A stretch of 64,000 nt of DNA from Chloroflexota bacterium (GCA_963662335.2 CAXXVD010000005.1:128001-192000); one strand, 5' to 3'; positions 9,422 to 21,793 are shown, numbered from the stretch's first letter. Numbers and translations are program-made. The notes: generated by a model from the sequence alone, not told the origin.

Positions 9422-10258
9422 ATGTATGACTTTGCGGGAAAGGTAGCCGTGGTCACTGGCGGCGCGCTCGGCATCGGCGGCGCGACCGCCAGGCGGCTGG
9501 CGGCGGACGGCGCAAGCGTGCTCATTGCGGACATCGATGAGGCGGCGGCGCACGCCAATGCGTCCGGCATCCGTGAGGCGGGCGGCGAGGCTGCGGTCGT
9601 GGTGGCAGACGTGGGCCGCCCTGTTGACATTCGCGCGATGATCGACCGCGCCGTGGCAAAGTGGGGACGGTTGGACATTCTGGTTAACAACGCGTACTCC
9701 CCAATGGCGGCGCGCGACACGGTCCTTCTTGAGACTTCCGAAGAAGCCTGGGACGCCGGCGTGGGGGTGATGGCCAAGGCCCTCTTTCTCGCCGCCAAAC
9801 AGGCTGTGCCTCACATGGAGAAGAACCACGGCGGCAGCATCATCAACATCTCGTCTGTCCACGGTCTGCTGCAAGCGCCTGGAATGCTCGTCTACGAAGC
9901 CAGCAAGAGCGCCGTAATCGGCATGACGCGCCAGATGGCCGTCGAACTGGGCCCGCGCGGCATTCGCGTGAACGCCATCTGCCCGGGCCACATCGTGACT
10001 GAGAATATCCAGGCGCGCATGTGGGACGCTAATCCCAGCGGCTACGCCTTCTTCGCAGAACAGTATCCGCTGCGCCGCTGCGGCAAGCCCGCGGAGATCG
10101 CCGACGCCATTGCCTTCCTCTGCTCCGGCCAGGCCAGTTTCATTACCGGCCACGCCCTGGTGGTAGACGGCGGCCTGAGCATCCAGTTGCAGGAGAATCT
10201 GGGCGTGCGCCTGGCGCGGTACGTGCAAGAGAATCCCGAAACGCAACTACCTTACTAG
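9422..10258 (+). CDS. Short-chain dehydrogenase/reductase (SDR)
   Basis: VTGGALGIG, LVNNA, NISSVHG, YEASK, IRVNAICPG, VDGG. Confidence 0.9.
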   Translation: MYDFAGKVAVVTGGALGIGGATARRLAADGASVLIADIDEAAAHANASGIREAGGEAAVVVADVGRPVDIRAMIDRAVAKWGRLDILVNNAYSPMAARDTVLLETSEEAWDAGVGVMAKALFLAAKQAVPHMEKNHGGSIINISSVHGLLQAPGMLVYEASKSAVIGMTRQMAVELGPRGIRVNAICPGHIVTENIQARMWDANPSGYAFFAEQYPLRRCGKPAEIADAIAFLCSGQASFITGHALVVDGGLSIQLQENLGVRLARYVQENPETQLPY

Positions 10259-10266
10259 GGGAGCGC

Positions 10267-11409
10267 ATGTCTGGGACACCACGCATCGGCATTCTTGGCA
10301 TCGGTCAGCGCGGCTTGCAGCACTTGGCCGCCCTCTGGCGCTTGCAGGAGATGGGACTCGTACGCATTGCCGCCCTTGGCGACGCGCACGAACCGAACCT
10401 GGAAGAGGCCAAGATTCGCCGTTTCGTGCCCGGCTATCGCCAGGAGAGCATCCGCCGCTACGCCGCCTTCGACGTGCTGCTGGCGTCGGCAGAGCTTGAC
10501 GCGCTCTACGTCTGCATTCCGCCCAACCTCCACAACGGCGAGGTCATCGCCGCCGCCGCACGCGGCCTGCACCTCTTCATCGAGAAGCCCATGAGTCTCG
10601 ACCTGGCCGAAGCGCAGGCCATGAACGCGGCCATCGACCGCGGCGGCGTCATTTCCGCCGTCGGCTTCCAGGAGCGCTACGACGCCTGGCATACGGCGAT
10701 GCGCGACTACCTGCGCGGCAAGCGCCTGGTCATGGCCACCATGGTGCGCGCCGGCAACGTAGAGAGCCATGCCGTCAAGCACACGCCAACCGAAGCCCTG
10801 GGCGGCCCGGCCAGCCGCATCTGGACCGCCTACCAGGCGTGGTCCGGCAACACCGTCGTGGAAGCGGGCATCCACCAGACCGATCTGCTGCGCTACTGGT
10901 GCGGCGAGATCGAGGCGGTGCAGGCGCGCTACGTGCCCCGTCCGCCGGACCTGGCCGCGACCGAGGGCGACAATCCGCTGGCATACAGCGTGACGTACAC
11001 GTTTGCCAACGGCGCCGTCGGCCATCTCATTATGTCGCGCTTGGCGCGAGTCTTTCATCAGGAGAACTACCTGCACGTCCTCTGGGACCACGGCCATCTG
11101 GGAGTGGAAGCGTCCGGGCCGGTTGCGTACTTTCACGACGGCGCGTACCCGCCCGCTACGCCTCCCGCCCCGGACGCCCTTCGCCACCCGCTGCCCGTGG
11201 GAGAGCGGGGCGATTCGACGCTGGAAGCCAGCCGCGCGTTCGCGCAGGCGGTTTCGCAGGCCGATCCCTCACTCATCCGCAGCCCGTTCGCCGACGCGCT
11301 GCGCAGTCTGGCGGCCGTGTTGGGCGCAAACGTCTCCGCCGCTCGCAATGGAGAACGAGTGTCCATCCCGGAATTGCTACACGACGCCCGCGCCGGAGAG
11401 CAGGATTAG
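10267..11409 (+). CDS. Gfo/Idh/MocA-family oxidoreductase
   Basis: IGILGIGQRG, HLFIEKP, EAGIHQTD. Confidence 0.85.
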   Translation: MSGTPRIGILGIGQRGLQHLAALWRLQEMGLVRIAALGDAHEPNLEEAKIRRFVPGYRQESIRRYAAFDVLLASAELDALYVCIPPNLHNGEVIAAAARGLHLFIEKPMSLDLAEAQAMNAAIDRGGVISAVGFQERYDAWHTAMRDYLRGKRLVMATMVRAGNVESHAVKHTPTEALGGPASRIWTAYQAWSGNTVVEAGIHQTDLLRYWCGEIEAVQARYVPRPPDLAATEGDNPLAYSVTYTFANGAVGHLIMSRLARVFHQENYLHVLWDHGHLGVEASGPVAYFHDGAYPPATPPAPDALRHPLPVGERGDSTLEASRAFAQAVSQADPSLIRSPFADALRSLAAVLGANVSAARNGERVSIPELLHDARAGEQD

Positions 11410-11448
11410 TCCGCGGAATCACCCAATTGTGTAGACAAACCCAAGAGA

Positions 11449-11466
11449 TTGTGAAATAATGCACAT
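11449..11466. promoter_or_regulatory. Putative Rex (redox-sensing repressor) operator upstream of the atp promoter
   Basis: TTGTGAA-ATAA-TGCACAT matches 12 of 14 informative positions of TTGTGAA-N4-TTCACAA. Confidence 0.5.
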
Positions 11467-11491
11467 GAGCTTGGTTGCGCGCATGGGCGTG

Positions 11492-11500
11492 TGCTATACT
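11492..11500 (+). promoter_or_regulatory. Extended -10 (TGcTATACT) of the atp operon
   Basis: TG-n-TATACT about 24 bp upstream of the atpZ ATG (11524), with an AGGAAG RBS-like element in between. Confidence 0.55.
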
Positions 11501-11523
11501 TGCGTGGCGCAAGAAGGAAGACG

Positions 11524-11751
11524 ATGCCGCGGCAGGCCAAGAAGCGCATAGAGATTGGGCCCCTGCGCGCGGGGCTATTCGCGCTCCAGTTTGGCTTCGT
11601 GGTTGGCGCGTTCGTGCTCGGCGGTGTTTGGGCCGGCGCCTACCTGGATGAACGGTTCGGCACCGGGCCGGCGCTGGTCATCGTGGGTATGTTCGTAGGG
11701 CTGCTGTGTAGCGCGGGAACGCTGTACCGGCTTTTCCGCATGCAGATTTAG
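11524..11751 (+). CDS. atpZ: AtpZ/AtpI-family small membrane protein
   Basis: Two TM helices with G.YLDERFGTGP..VIVG; first gene of the atp operon. Confidence 0.8.
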   Translation: MPRQAKKRIEIGPLRAGLFALQFGFVVGAFVLGGVWAGAYLDERFGTGPALVIVGMFVGLLCSAGTLYRLFRMQI

Positions 11752-11759
11752 GAAGGGCT

Positions 11760-12518
11760 ATGGATTTCCTGGAAGTCATTGGCTTCAAGGGGCTGCACAT
11801 CTCGCTTGCAGCCGAGCCGCTCTTCCACATCGGCCCGGTTATCATTACCAATACCATCTTCACCGCCTGGATCGTGATGGCGCTCCTCGTCATCGCCTCG
11901 TTCCTTGCCACGCGCAAGATGCAACTCGTGCCCAGCGGCTTGCAGAACTTCGGCGAAGCCATCGTGGAGATGCTCTACGACATCGTCGAAGGCGTAGTGG
12001 GCGCCCGCGCCCGGGTCGTCTTTCCCATCATCGCCACCTTCTTCATCTACATCGTCGTGGCCAACTGGATGGGACTCCTGCCGGGCTTCAACAGCCTCGG
12101 CGTCTGGGGAGACGACGGCAAGGGCCACGAGATATTCATACCGATCTTTCGCGCCGCCAACAGCGACCTCAACATGACCCTGGGCATGGCGCTCATCGCC
12201 TTCATTCTCATTCACGCCGGCGGCCTTATCGTCCACAAGCCGCTCGGCTACCTGAAGCATCTGGCCGGCCCTTTGCCAATCCTGATTCTCATCAACGTCG
12301 CAATCGAGTCCTTCGTGCCCGTGTCGCTCTCCGTCCGGCTCTTTGGCAACATCTTTGCCGGTGAAGTCCTGCTTCTGGTCATGCGCGCGCCGGTGATTGG
12401 CGCGGCGTTCATGGTGTTGGAGGTGCTCTTCGGTCTCATCCAGGGGCTCATCTTTACCATGCTCTCGCTGATCTTCCTCGGCATCGCCATGAGCGGCGAG
12501 CATGAAGAAGCGCACTAA
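11760..12518 (+). CDS. atpB: F0F1 ATP synthase subunit a
   Basis: VPSGLQNFGE, NWMGLLPG, ANSDLN, SLSVRLFGNIFAGE, IQGLIFTML. Confidence 0.97.
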   Translation: MDFLEVIGFKGLHISLAAEPLFHIGPVIITNTIFTAWIVMALLVIASFLATRKMQLVPSGLQNFGEAIVEMLYDIVEGVVGARARVVFPIIATFFIYIVVANWMGLLPGFNSLGVWGDDGKGHEIFIPIFRAANSDLNMTLGMALIAFILIHAGGLIVHKPLGYLKHLAGPLPILILINVAIESFVPVSLSVRLFGNIFAGEVLLLVMRAPVIGAAFMVLEVLFGLIQGLIFTMLSLIFLGIAMSGEHEEAH

Positions 12519-12559
12519 GGAGCGAGCTATCGGAGAGTCCCAGAGAAGTCGTTGCACGC

Positions 12560-12604
12560 ACCCGTCAATGCAAGACCCGTCACTATAAGACCGGTCAATT
12601 CAAG
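12560..12604. repeat. Degenerate 15-bp tandem repeat, three copies
   Basis: ACCCGTCAATGCAAG / ACCCGTCACTATAAG / ACCGGTCAATTCAAG. Confidence 0.6.
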
Positions 12605-12615
12605 GTAGACTGGAC

Positions 12616-12700
12616 GACGGAGTTCGGCATTGCTAGGAAGCCGGGGTCCGTCATTGCTAGAAAGACGGAGTCCGTCATTCCCGCGAAAGCGGGAATCCAG
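12616..12700. repeat. 24-bp tandem repeat (about 2.5 copies) ending in a CGTC-tagged REP palindrome
   Basis: GACGGAGTTCGGCATTGCTAGGAA / GCCGGGGTCCGTCATTGCTAGAAA / GACGGAGTCCGTCATTCCCGCGAAAGCGGGAATCCAG; the last unit contains ATTCCC-N8-GGGAAT (12677-12696). Confidence 0.7.
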
Positions 12701-12787
12701 AAGTTCAAGCGTACGAACGCAACAGTACGAGCAGTTGTGTCACAGGTAGCGATCCAGTAGCGATCACAGTAAGGAGAAGAGGCATCC

Positions 12788-13018
12788 ATGGATCCGGAAA
12801 CTGCTGCAAAGTTGGCCGCGGGCATCGCGATGGGCGTCGGGGCCATTGGCCCGGGGCTGGGTATCGGTATCGCGGTGAGCGGCGCGATGGAGGCAATCGG
12901 GCGCAATCCGGAGGCCGCCAATGACGTTCGCAACACCCTGATCATCGGCGCGGGCCTGGCCGAGGCCATCGCCATCTATTCGTTGCTAACCGCGATCCTG
13001 CTCATCTTCTTGGGGTAG
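12788..13018 (+). CDS. atpE: F0F1 ATP synthase subunit c
   Basis: GxGxGxG, GRNPEA loop, GLAEAIAIY; lacks the Gln/ES(T) Na+ signature, so probably H+-coupled; AAGGAG RBS. Confidence 0.97.
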   Translation: MDPETAAKLAAGIAMGVGAIGPGLGIGIAVSGAMEAIGRNPEAANDVRNTLIIGAGLAEAIAIYSLLTAILLIFLG

Positions 13019-13089
13019 CGCGCGTGGGCGACGGAACGCCACGTCAGGGTAGACACGAGAACCGGTAGCCATAGGGAGAAGGTTTCGCT

Positions 13090-13584
13090 ATGGGCGAGTT
13101 GGGCATCAACCCGACGTACCTCGCCTTTCAGATCGTCAACTTTCTGCTTCTCGTCTTTCTGCTGCACCGCCTGCTCTACCGCCCCATTCTCAACATGCTG
13201 GAGCAGCGGAAGGAGCGCATTCGCGAAGGCCAGGAGGCGGCGGAACGCGCGCGCGCCGACGCGGAGCAGATGCGGCAAGAGTATGAGCGCCAGCTTGAGG
13301 AATCCCGCGCGCACGCCCGCAAGATCATCGAGGACGCCACCGCCGCCGCGGAGCGCCTGCGGGAAGAGAGCGTCGCAAACGCCCAGCAGGAGGCGGAGCG
13401 CATTCTGGAACGCGGTCAAGAGCAACTCCGCGCGGAGGTTGCCCACGCCCGCCGCGAACTGCGGCAGGAGGTGGCCGCTTTGTCCGTAGAAGTGGCCGGC
13501 AAACTCATTCAAGAGAGCCTCGATTCCGAAGAGAACCGGCAGCTTGCCGCGCGCCTCGTTTCGGACCTGGATGACTCATCCTAA
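13090..13584 (+). CDS. atpF: F0F1 ATP synthase subunit b
   Basis: FQIVNFLLL...LYRPILNMLEQRKERI followed by a coiled coil. Confidence 0.95.
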   Translation: MGELGINPTYLAFQIVNFLLLVFLLHRLLYRPILNMLEQRKERIREGQEAAERARADAEQMRQEYERQLEESRAHARKIIEDATAAAERLREESVANAQQEAERILERGQEQLRAEVAHARRELRQEVAALSVEVAGKLIQESLDSEENRQLAARLVSDLDDSS

Positions 13585-13639
13585 GGCAGCCATACTTGGC
13601 GGCAATCTAGGCAATAGTCCTAGGCGGCTCCGCTCTTGT

Positions 13640-13672
13640 CCCTCTCCCTGAGGGAGAGGGCGAGGGTGAGGG
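13640..13672. repeat. REP-like palindrome, family A (CCCTCTCCC-TGA-GGGAGAGGG-CGAGGGTGAGGG)
   Basis: Perfect 9-bp stem plus GGGTGAGGG tail in the atpF-atpH spacer. Confidence 0.65.
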
Positions 13673-13729
13673 TTGGAAGCGCGGAGAGAAGTTGGATCAA
13701 GTGGTAGTAGTCTCTAGCGAGCGGACTTC

Positions 13730-14260
13730 GTGAGCAGTTCCATCAACGTGCGCCGCTACACGCGCGGCGTGCTGAACTATGCGCAACAGACCGGCACGCT
13801 CGACCGGTGGCGGCAGGACCTGGCGGTTCTGCTGGCAGTGGGCGAGGATCGCGCCATTCGCCACTTCCTGGAAGACCCACGCCTCACGTTGGCGGAGCGC
13901 ATGGCGGTCGTGCGCCGCGCGGTCGGCGCTGGCGTCTCCGCCGCCGGCCTCGACCTCTTGAGCATTCTCATCGAAGACCGGGCGGTGCGGGTCTTGCCGC
14001 AGCTTGCGCGCCACGTCCTGCGCGAGGCGGACCGGCTTGATGGCATCGCCCGCGTCCGCGTCACCAGCGCCGTGCCCTTGACCGACGACCTGCGCGAGCA
14101 ATTGCGGCAGTCCATCGGCAGAGGCCGCACGGTTCTCTTGGAAGAGACGGTAGATCCCGCAATCATCGGCGGCTTCATCCTGCGTGAGGAAGACCGCCTC
14201 TTAGACCTGAGCGTCCAAGCGTCGCTCAAAGCGATGGAGGAGCAACTGGCGCGCGTCTGA
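13730..14260 (+). CDS. atpH: F0F1 ATP synthase subunit delta
   Basis: RRY..., VTSAVPL, VDPAIIGGFILR...DLSV; operon position. Confidence 0.92.
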   Translation: MSSSINVRRYTRGVLNYAQQTGTLDRWRQDLAVLLAVGEDRAIRHFLEDPRLTLAERMAVVRRAVGAGVSAAGLDLLSILIEDRAVRVLPQLARHVLREADRLDGIARVRVTSAVPLTDDLREQLRQSIGRGRTVLLEETVDPAIIGGFILREEDRLLDLSVQASLKAMEEQLARV

Positions 14261-14346
14261 CGCGCAGTCCGCGTCTGCGCACAGCCCACGCGTACGCGCG
14301 GCATTCATGAGCGCGAGCGCGCGCACCGAAAGGAGAAGAGGGCCTC

Positions 14347-15879
<1,533 letters not shown>

Positions 15880-16761
15880 GTGCCGAGCATTCGCCAACTG
15901 CGGCGGCGCATTCGCGGGGTCCAGAACACCCGCCAAATCACGCGCGCGATGGAGCTTGTGGCCTCCAGCCGCCTGCGCCGCGCGCAGGAGCGCGTGCTGG
16001 CCTCCCGGCCCTACGCCGAGCGTATCCGGGCGGTCATCAGCAACCTGGCCGCGGTCAGCGGCGCGCAGGATCTCCATCCTCTACTGCAAGTGCGACCGCT
16101 TTCCCGCGCGGCGCTCATCCTGTTCACCACCAGCCGGGGACTGTGCGGCAGCCTGAACTCCAACATGGTGCGGGCGGCGGTCAGCTTTACCGTTGACCGC
16201 GGCGTACCGGTTGACATCATTGCCGTGGGGACAAAAGGCCCGGCGCTGCTGCGCTCGGTCGGCCTCAGCGGCTCCGTCTCCGCCCAGTACCAAGACTTGG
16301 GCAACTACCCCAACCTAGCGGACATTCTGCCGATTGCGCGCAGCGTGGTCGACGGCTTCACCGGCGCGGAGTACGATGAGGTCTACGTGGGCTTCTCCCA
16401 GTTTGTGAACTTGATGCGCCAGGAGCCGACGCTGACGCGCATTCTGCCAATCGCGCCGGACGAAATCGAGTCCGCCGCGGCGCAGGCCTACCGCCAGGTG
16501 GACTACATCTACGAGCCGGACCCGGATGACGTGCTTTCCACGCTCTTGCCCCGTTTCATCGAATCGCAAATCTACCGCGCGTTGCTGGAAAGCATCGCCA
16601 GCGAGCACAGCGCGCGCATGATCGCGATGCGCAACGCTACGGAGAACGCGGAAGAAATCCTCCGCGACCTTACCCTCACCTACAACAAGGTGCGGCAAAC
16701 CGCGATTACCAACGAGGTCATCGAGATTGCCACGGCGGCGCGCGCCATAGCCGGGGCCTAG
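15880..16761 (+). CDS. atpG: F0F1 ATP synthase subunit gamma
   Basis: QITRAMELVA, RGLCGSLN, SEHSARMIAM..ATENA, RQTAITNEVIEI. Confidence 0.98.
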   Translation: MPSIRQLRRRIRGVQNTRQITRAMELVASSRLRRAQERVLASRPYAERIRAVISNLAAVSGAQDLHPLLQVRPLSRAALILFTTSRGLCGSLNSNMVRAAVSFTVDRGVPVDIIAVGTKGPALLRSVGLSGSVSAQYQDLGNYPNLADILPIARSVVDGFTGAEYDEVYVGFSQFVNLMRQEPTLTRILPIAPDEIESAAAQAYRQVDYIYEPDPDDVLSTLLPRFIESQIYRALLESIASEHSARMIAMRNATENAEEILRDLTLTYNKVRQTAITNEVIEIATAARAIAGA

Positions 16762-16777
16762 ACATGATAGAGTATAG

Positions 16778-18229
<1,452 letters not shown>

Positions 18230-18231
18230 CC

Positions 18232-18684
18232 ATGGCCGCGCTCACTTCCACACAGTTGCTGCGCCTCGAGATCATTACCGCCGAACGGATTGTCCTCAGC
18301 GAGGAGGCAATCACGTCCGTTCAGGTTCCGGCGGCGGACGGGCGCGTCGGCATCCTGCCGCGCCACGCGCCGTTGATGACAACGCTGGCGCCCGGCGAAC
18401 TCATCCTGCGCAAGGACGATGAAATCGAGTCCTTCTTCGTTACCGGGGGGTTCCTGGAAGTACGCAACAACCACGTGGCCGTCCTGGCGGATGCTTCCGA
18501 ACGGGCTGAGGAGATCGACATTGCCCGCGCCGAAGAGGCCCGGCGCCGCGCCGAGGCCGTACTCAGCGAAAAGAGGGACAAGTCACAACTGGTAGCCGCC
18601 GAAATAGCCCTGCGCCGGGCGTTGATCCGCTTGCGCTTGGCGCAGCAAGCGCGGCGCAGGCGCGGTTCCTCTCAGGCGCGGTAG
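18232..18684 (+). CDS. atpC: F0F1 ATP synthase subunit epsilon
   Basis: GILPRHAPL..L.PG, GGFLEV, EIDIARAEEARRRAE. Confidence 0.96.
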   Translation: MAALTSTQLLRLEIITAERIVLSEEAITSVQVPAADGRVGILPRHAPLMTTLAPGELILRKDDEIESFFVTGGFLEVRNNHVAVLADASERAEEIDIARAEEARRRAEAVLSEKRDKSQLVAAEIALRRALIRLRLAQQARRRRGSSQAR

Positions 18685-18877
18685 CGGCGGCGTTGCAAGC
18701 GAAATTGGCGGACGTGCGCCCGAGAGTTAAGTGCACCCCGCCCGGCGGCGACAGTCGGCTGTCCACCGCACGCGCCGCGCGTACTACCGGCAAGACCGCC
18801 AGAGGCTTTGAAGCCATGCGAGCGGCGTGCGCGGCGAGATCGGCCATTTCCTGTGTCGCGGCGTTTGTGCGTAGTCA

Positions 18878-20209
18878 ATGGATGCGAACTCCTCCCAGGA
18901 GCAGATCACAATGGCCGACGTGGTCGAAGACGCGGCGTTGGAACAACGAACGCGGGCGGAAACGGCTGTCATCCATGGCGGACGGCGCCTGGCCGGCGAG
19001 GTACGCGCCCGCGGCGCCAAGAACTGCGCGCTGCCGCTCATGGCCGCGGCGTTGCTCACCAAAGAGACGTGCGTACTCCACAATCCGCCTTTCATTCGCG
19101 ACATCCAGGCAATGGCCGACTTGCTTACCAGCCTGGGCGCCCGCGTCGAGATGGACGAGCGCGGGCGTACCATCGCCATCACTGCCGCCGCGATCGGTTC
19201 AACGCGAACCCCCAGCGCCATTGCCGCCAGCTTTCGCGCCTCATTCCTCGTAACCGGTCCGCTCCTGGCGCGGGCGGGGCAGGCCTCGTCGGTGCATCCC
19301 GGCGGCTGCAAGATCGGCGAGCGTCCCGTAAACGTGGACTTGCTCGGATTCGAGGCTATGGGGGCCGCGGTCGAGCGTCAAGAGTTGGAGTACACCCTGA
19401 CCGCCGAGCGGCTCAGCGGCGCGCGCCTCTACCTGGATTATCCCAGCCACACCGGCACCGAAAATCTCATGCTTGCCGCCACGCTCGCCCAGGGGACGAG
19501 CGTGATTCGACACGCCTCCGCCGAGCCGGAGGTAGTCGCATTGGCCGAGTGCCTCAACCGCATGGGCGCGCGTATCTCCGGCGCGGGCACGAACACCATT
19601 GAAATCGAAGGGGTGGACACGCTCCACGGTGCGGAGTGGGACGTCATTCCCGACCGCCACGAAGCCGGCAGCTTTGCCCTCGCCGGCGCTATAACCGGCG
19701 GCGCGGTAACCATCCACAATGTAAACTACGACCACGTCGAACCGGTGTTCTACAAGCTGGCGCAGTGCGGTGTTACCATACAGAGCACGCAAGACCCCAT
19801 CACCGTGTCCGCGGACCGTCCCTTGCGGGCCGTGGAGGTGCAAGCCATTCATTTTCCCGGGTTTCCCACGGACTTGCAACCGCAGGTCTGCGCCCTGCTC
19901 ACCCAGGCCCGCGGGGAGAGCGTCATCCACGAGCGCGTCTTCGAAGCGCGGTTCAACTACGTGGAGGAACTGCGCAAGTTGGGCGCTGACGTTGGCGTCG
20001 CCGGCGAGAAAGCCTACGTGCGCGGGCCCACGCGGTTGCACGGCGCGGACGTGCGCGCCCTGGACATCCGTTCCGGCGTCGCCCTGCTGTTGGCCGGCCT
20101 GGCAGCGGAAGGCACGACGCGGGTCACGGACATGCACCACGTCTTTCGCGGGTATGAGTCGCTGCCGGAAGACCTTAACCGCCTCGGCGCGCACGTAATG
20201 ATGGAATAG
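18878..20209 (+). CDS. murA: UDP-N-acetylglucosamine 1-carboxyvinyltransferase
   Basis: [14 protein letters not shown] (catalytic Cys), [23 protein letters not shown]. Confidence 0.96.
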   Translation: MDANSSQEQITMADVVEDAALEQRTRAETAVIHGGRRLAGEVRARGAKNCALPLMAAALLTKETCVLHNPPFIRDIQAMADLLTSLGARVEMDERGRTIAITAAAIGSTRTPSAIAASFRASFLVTGPLLARAGQASSVHPGGCKIGERPVNVDLLGFEAMGAAVERQELEYTLTAERLSGARLYLDYPSHTGTENLMLAATLAQGTSVIRHASAEPEVVALAECLNRMGARISGAGTNTIEIEGVDTLHGAEWDVIPDRHEAGSFALAGAITGGAVTIHNVNYDHVEPVFYKLAQCGVTIQSTQDPITVSADRPLRAVEVQAIHFPGFPTDLQPQVCALLTQARGESVIHERVFEARFNYVEELRKLGADVGVAGEKAYVRGPTRLHGADVRALDIRSGVALLLAGLAAEGTTRVTDMHHVFRGYESLPEDLNRLGAHVMME

Positions 20210-20217
20210 CACCGCTC

Positions 20218-21228
20218 ATGTTTGGCGCACAGCAAATCGGCATCGACCTGGGAACGGCCAACGTGCTGGTGTACGTGCCGGGGCGGGGCATTGCCGTCAA
20301 CGGCCCGTCGGTCGTTGCCGTATCGACCGAAGACGATCACGTGGAAACTATCGGCGACGAAGCGCGCCAGATGATCGGGCGCGCGCCGAATAACATCGCC
20401 GTTGTGCGCCCGATGCGTGAAGGCGTCATCGCGAATTACGTGGTAACCCAGGAGATGATTCGCCACCTCATCCGGCGAGTCTGCGGGCGGGTGCGCTTCT
20501 TCAAGCCGGACGTGATGGTCTCGGTGCCCACCGGCGTTACGAGCGTCGAGCGGCGCGCGGTGCACGACGCCGTCATCTCCGCCGGCGCGGGCAACGCCTA
20601 TCTCATCCACGAACCCCTTGCCGCCGCCCTCGGGGCGAATTTGCCGATCTCCTCGCCCAGCGGCAGCATGGTCGTGAACATCGGCGGCGGCACCACTGAA
20701 GTCGCGGTGCTTTCGCTGAACGCGATTGTCGTCTCCGATTCGGTGCGCGTGGGCGGCAATCGCATAGACACGACCATCTACAATTATGTCAAGAGGCACT
20801 ACAACCTCCTCATTGGCGAGGGAACGGCCGAAGAGGTGAAGATCGCCATCGGCAGCGCCCTGCCGTTGGAGCCGCCGCTCTCGCTCGAAGTGCGCGGGAG
20901 AGACCAGGTAGCGGGCCTCCCCCGGACCATTTCGATCAATTCCGATGAGATCACCGAGGCGATCCAAGAGACCGTAGGCATCATCGTCAAGTGCGTCCGC
21001 GACGTGCTCGAAAAGACGCCGCCGGAACTTGCCTCCGACATCATCGACCGGGGCATCATCATGACCGGCGGCGGCGCCCTGCTGCGGAATCTGGACGGCC
21101 TGCTCACCCAGGAAACCGGCATCCCCTGCTACGTTGCCGACAGCCCCCTGACCTGCGTCGCGCTCGGCACTGGTGTGGCGTTGCAATACTTCGACGCGCT
21201 CAAGCGCAGCCTCTATACTACCCGCTAA
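20218..21228 (+). CDS. mreB: Rod shape-determining protein, MreB/Mbl paralogue
   Basis: [35 protein letters not shown]; directly after murA. Confidence 0.92.
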   Translation: MFGAQQIGIDLGTANVLVYVPGRGIAVNGPSVVAVSTEDDHVETIGDEARQMIGRAPNNIAVVRPMREGVIANYVVTQEMIRHLIRRVCGRVRFFKPDVMVSVPTGVTSVERRAVHDAVISAGAGNAYLIHEPLAAALGANLPISSPSGSMVVNIGGGTTEVAVLSLNAIVVSDSVRVGGNRIDTTIYNYVKRHYNLLIGEGTAEEVKIAIGSALPLEPPLSLEVRGRDQVAGLPRTISINSDEITEAIQETVGIIVKCVRDVLEKTPPELASDIIDRGIIMTGGGALLRNLDGLLTQETGIPCYVADSPLTCVALGTGVALQYFDALKRSLYTTR

Positions 21229-21326
21229 CGCCGGATTTCTCGCGGATGCCGCTCGCTGGTGTGATGCCATGCCATGCGGTATAGTGCTACAATTATGGTA
21301 GAGTGCCGCGCGGGAAGGAGCGGAAC

Positions 21327-21590
21327 ATGGACTATGACGCAATCGCAACCATCGCTACGATAATCATAGCGGCCGTGTCAGTTGGCGTGCTGCTCTTGCG
21401 GCTGGAAGGCCGCGTATCGCGCCTCGATAGCCGTGTGTCAGGACTTGACGCTCGTGTATCCGATCTTGAGAGCCGCATGACCAACCTTGAGAACCGCATG
21501 GTGGAGTTCGGCGAGCGCCTCGCCCGCATCGAGGGGCTGCTGGAAGGTCACTTCTCCAGCAGCAGAGGCTCGGACAAGCAAAACGACTAG
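21327..21590 (+). CDS. Small protein: N-terminal TM helix plus heptad-repeat coiled coil
   Basis: MDYDAIATIATIIIAAVSVGVLLL then LEGRVSR LDSRVSG LDARVSD LESRMTN LENRMVE FGERLAR IEG; AAGGAG RBS and TGcTACAAT extended -10 upstream. Confidence 0.75.
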   Translation: MDYDAIATIATIIIAAVSVGVLLLRLEGRVSRLDSRVSGLDARVSDLESRMTNLENRMVEFGERLARIEGLLEGHFSSSRGSDKQND

Positions 21591-21793
21591 CTAGTCCGCT
21601 ATGCTGCCGAATGCTTGCTCCCGCCGCTTCGCTCAGGGGCTGAAGTCTCGCTCACGGCGCGTATAGAACTCCCACTTGCGCCCGGTATTGCATTGACGGC
21701 TAACGGCGCGCATTGACAAGCGCCACTCCAACGCTGCGTGAAACCGGCAAGGCTCTTCGCGGCAGCGTGCGCGGTGACTGAAGGAGGATCAGC

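Noticed and set aside
8297-10246. Long antisense ORFs (for example 8297-10246, 14359-15750, 16718-18160, 35997-37613, 44263-46077, 52228-53727)
   Set aside because: They lie opposite well-supported genes and have no recognisable motifs; such ORFs are expected in high-GC DNA with strong codon bias.
12560-12700. Possible mini-CRISPR array in the atpB-atpE spacer
   Set aside because: The units are contiguous, degenerate tandem repeats (15 and 24 bp) with no unique spacers, and there are no cas genes in the window.
12788-13018. Na+-translocating ATP synthase
   Set aside because: Subunit c lacks the Gln and Glu-Ser/Thr sodium-binding signature (it reads LAEAIAIY).
21591-21793. LexA/SOS box upstream of yebC-ruvCAB
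   Set aside because: No GAAC-N4-GTTC or CTGT-N8-ACAG match was found by eye.
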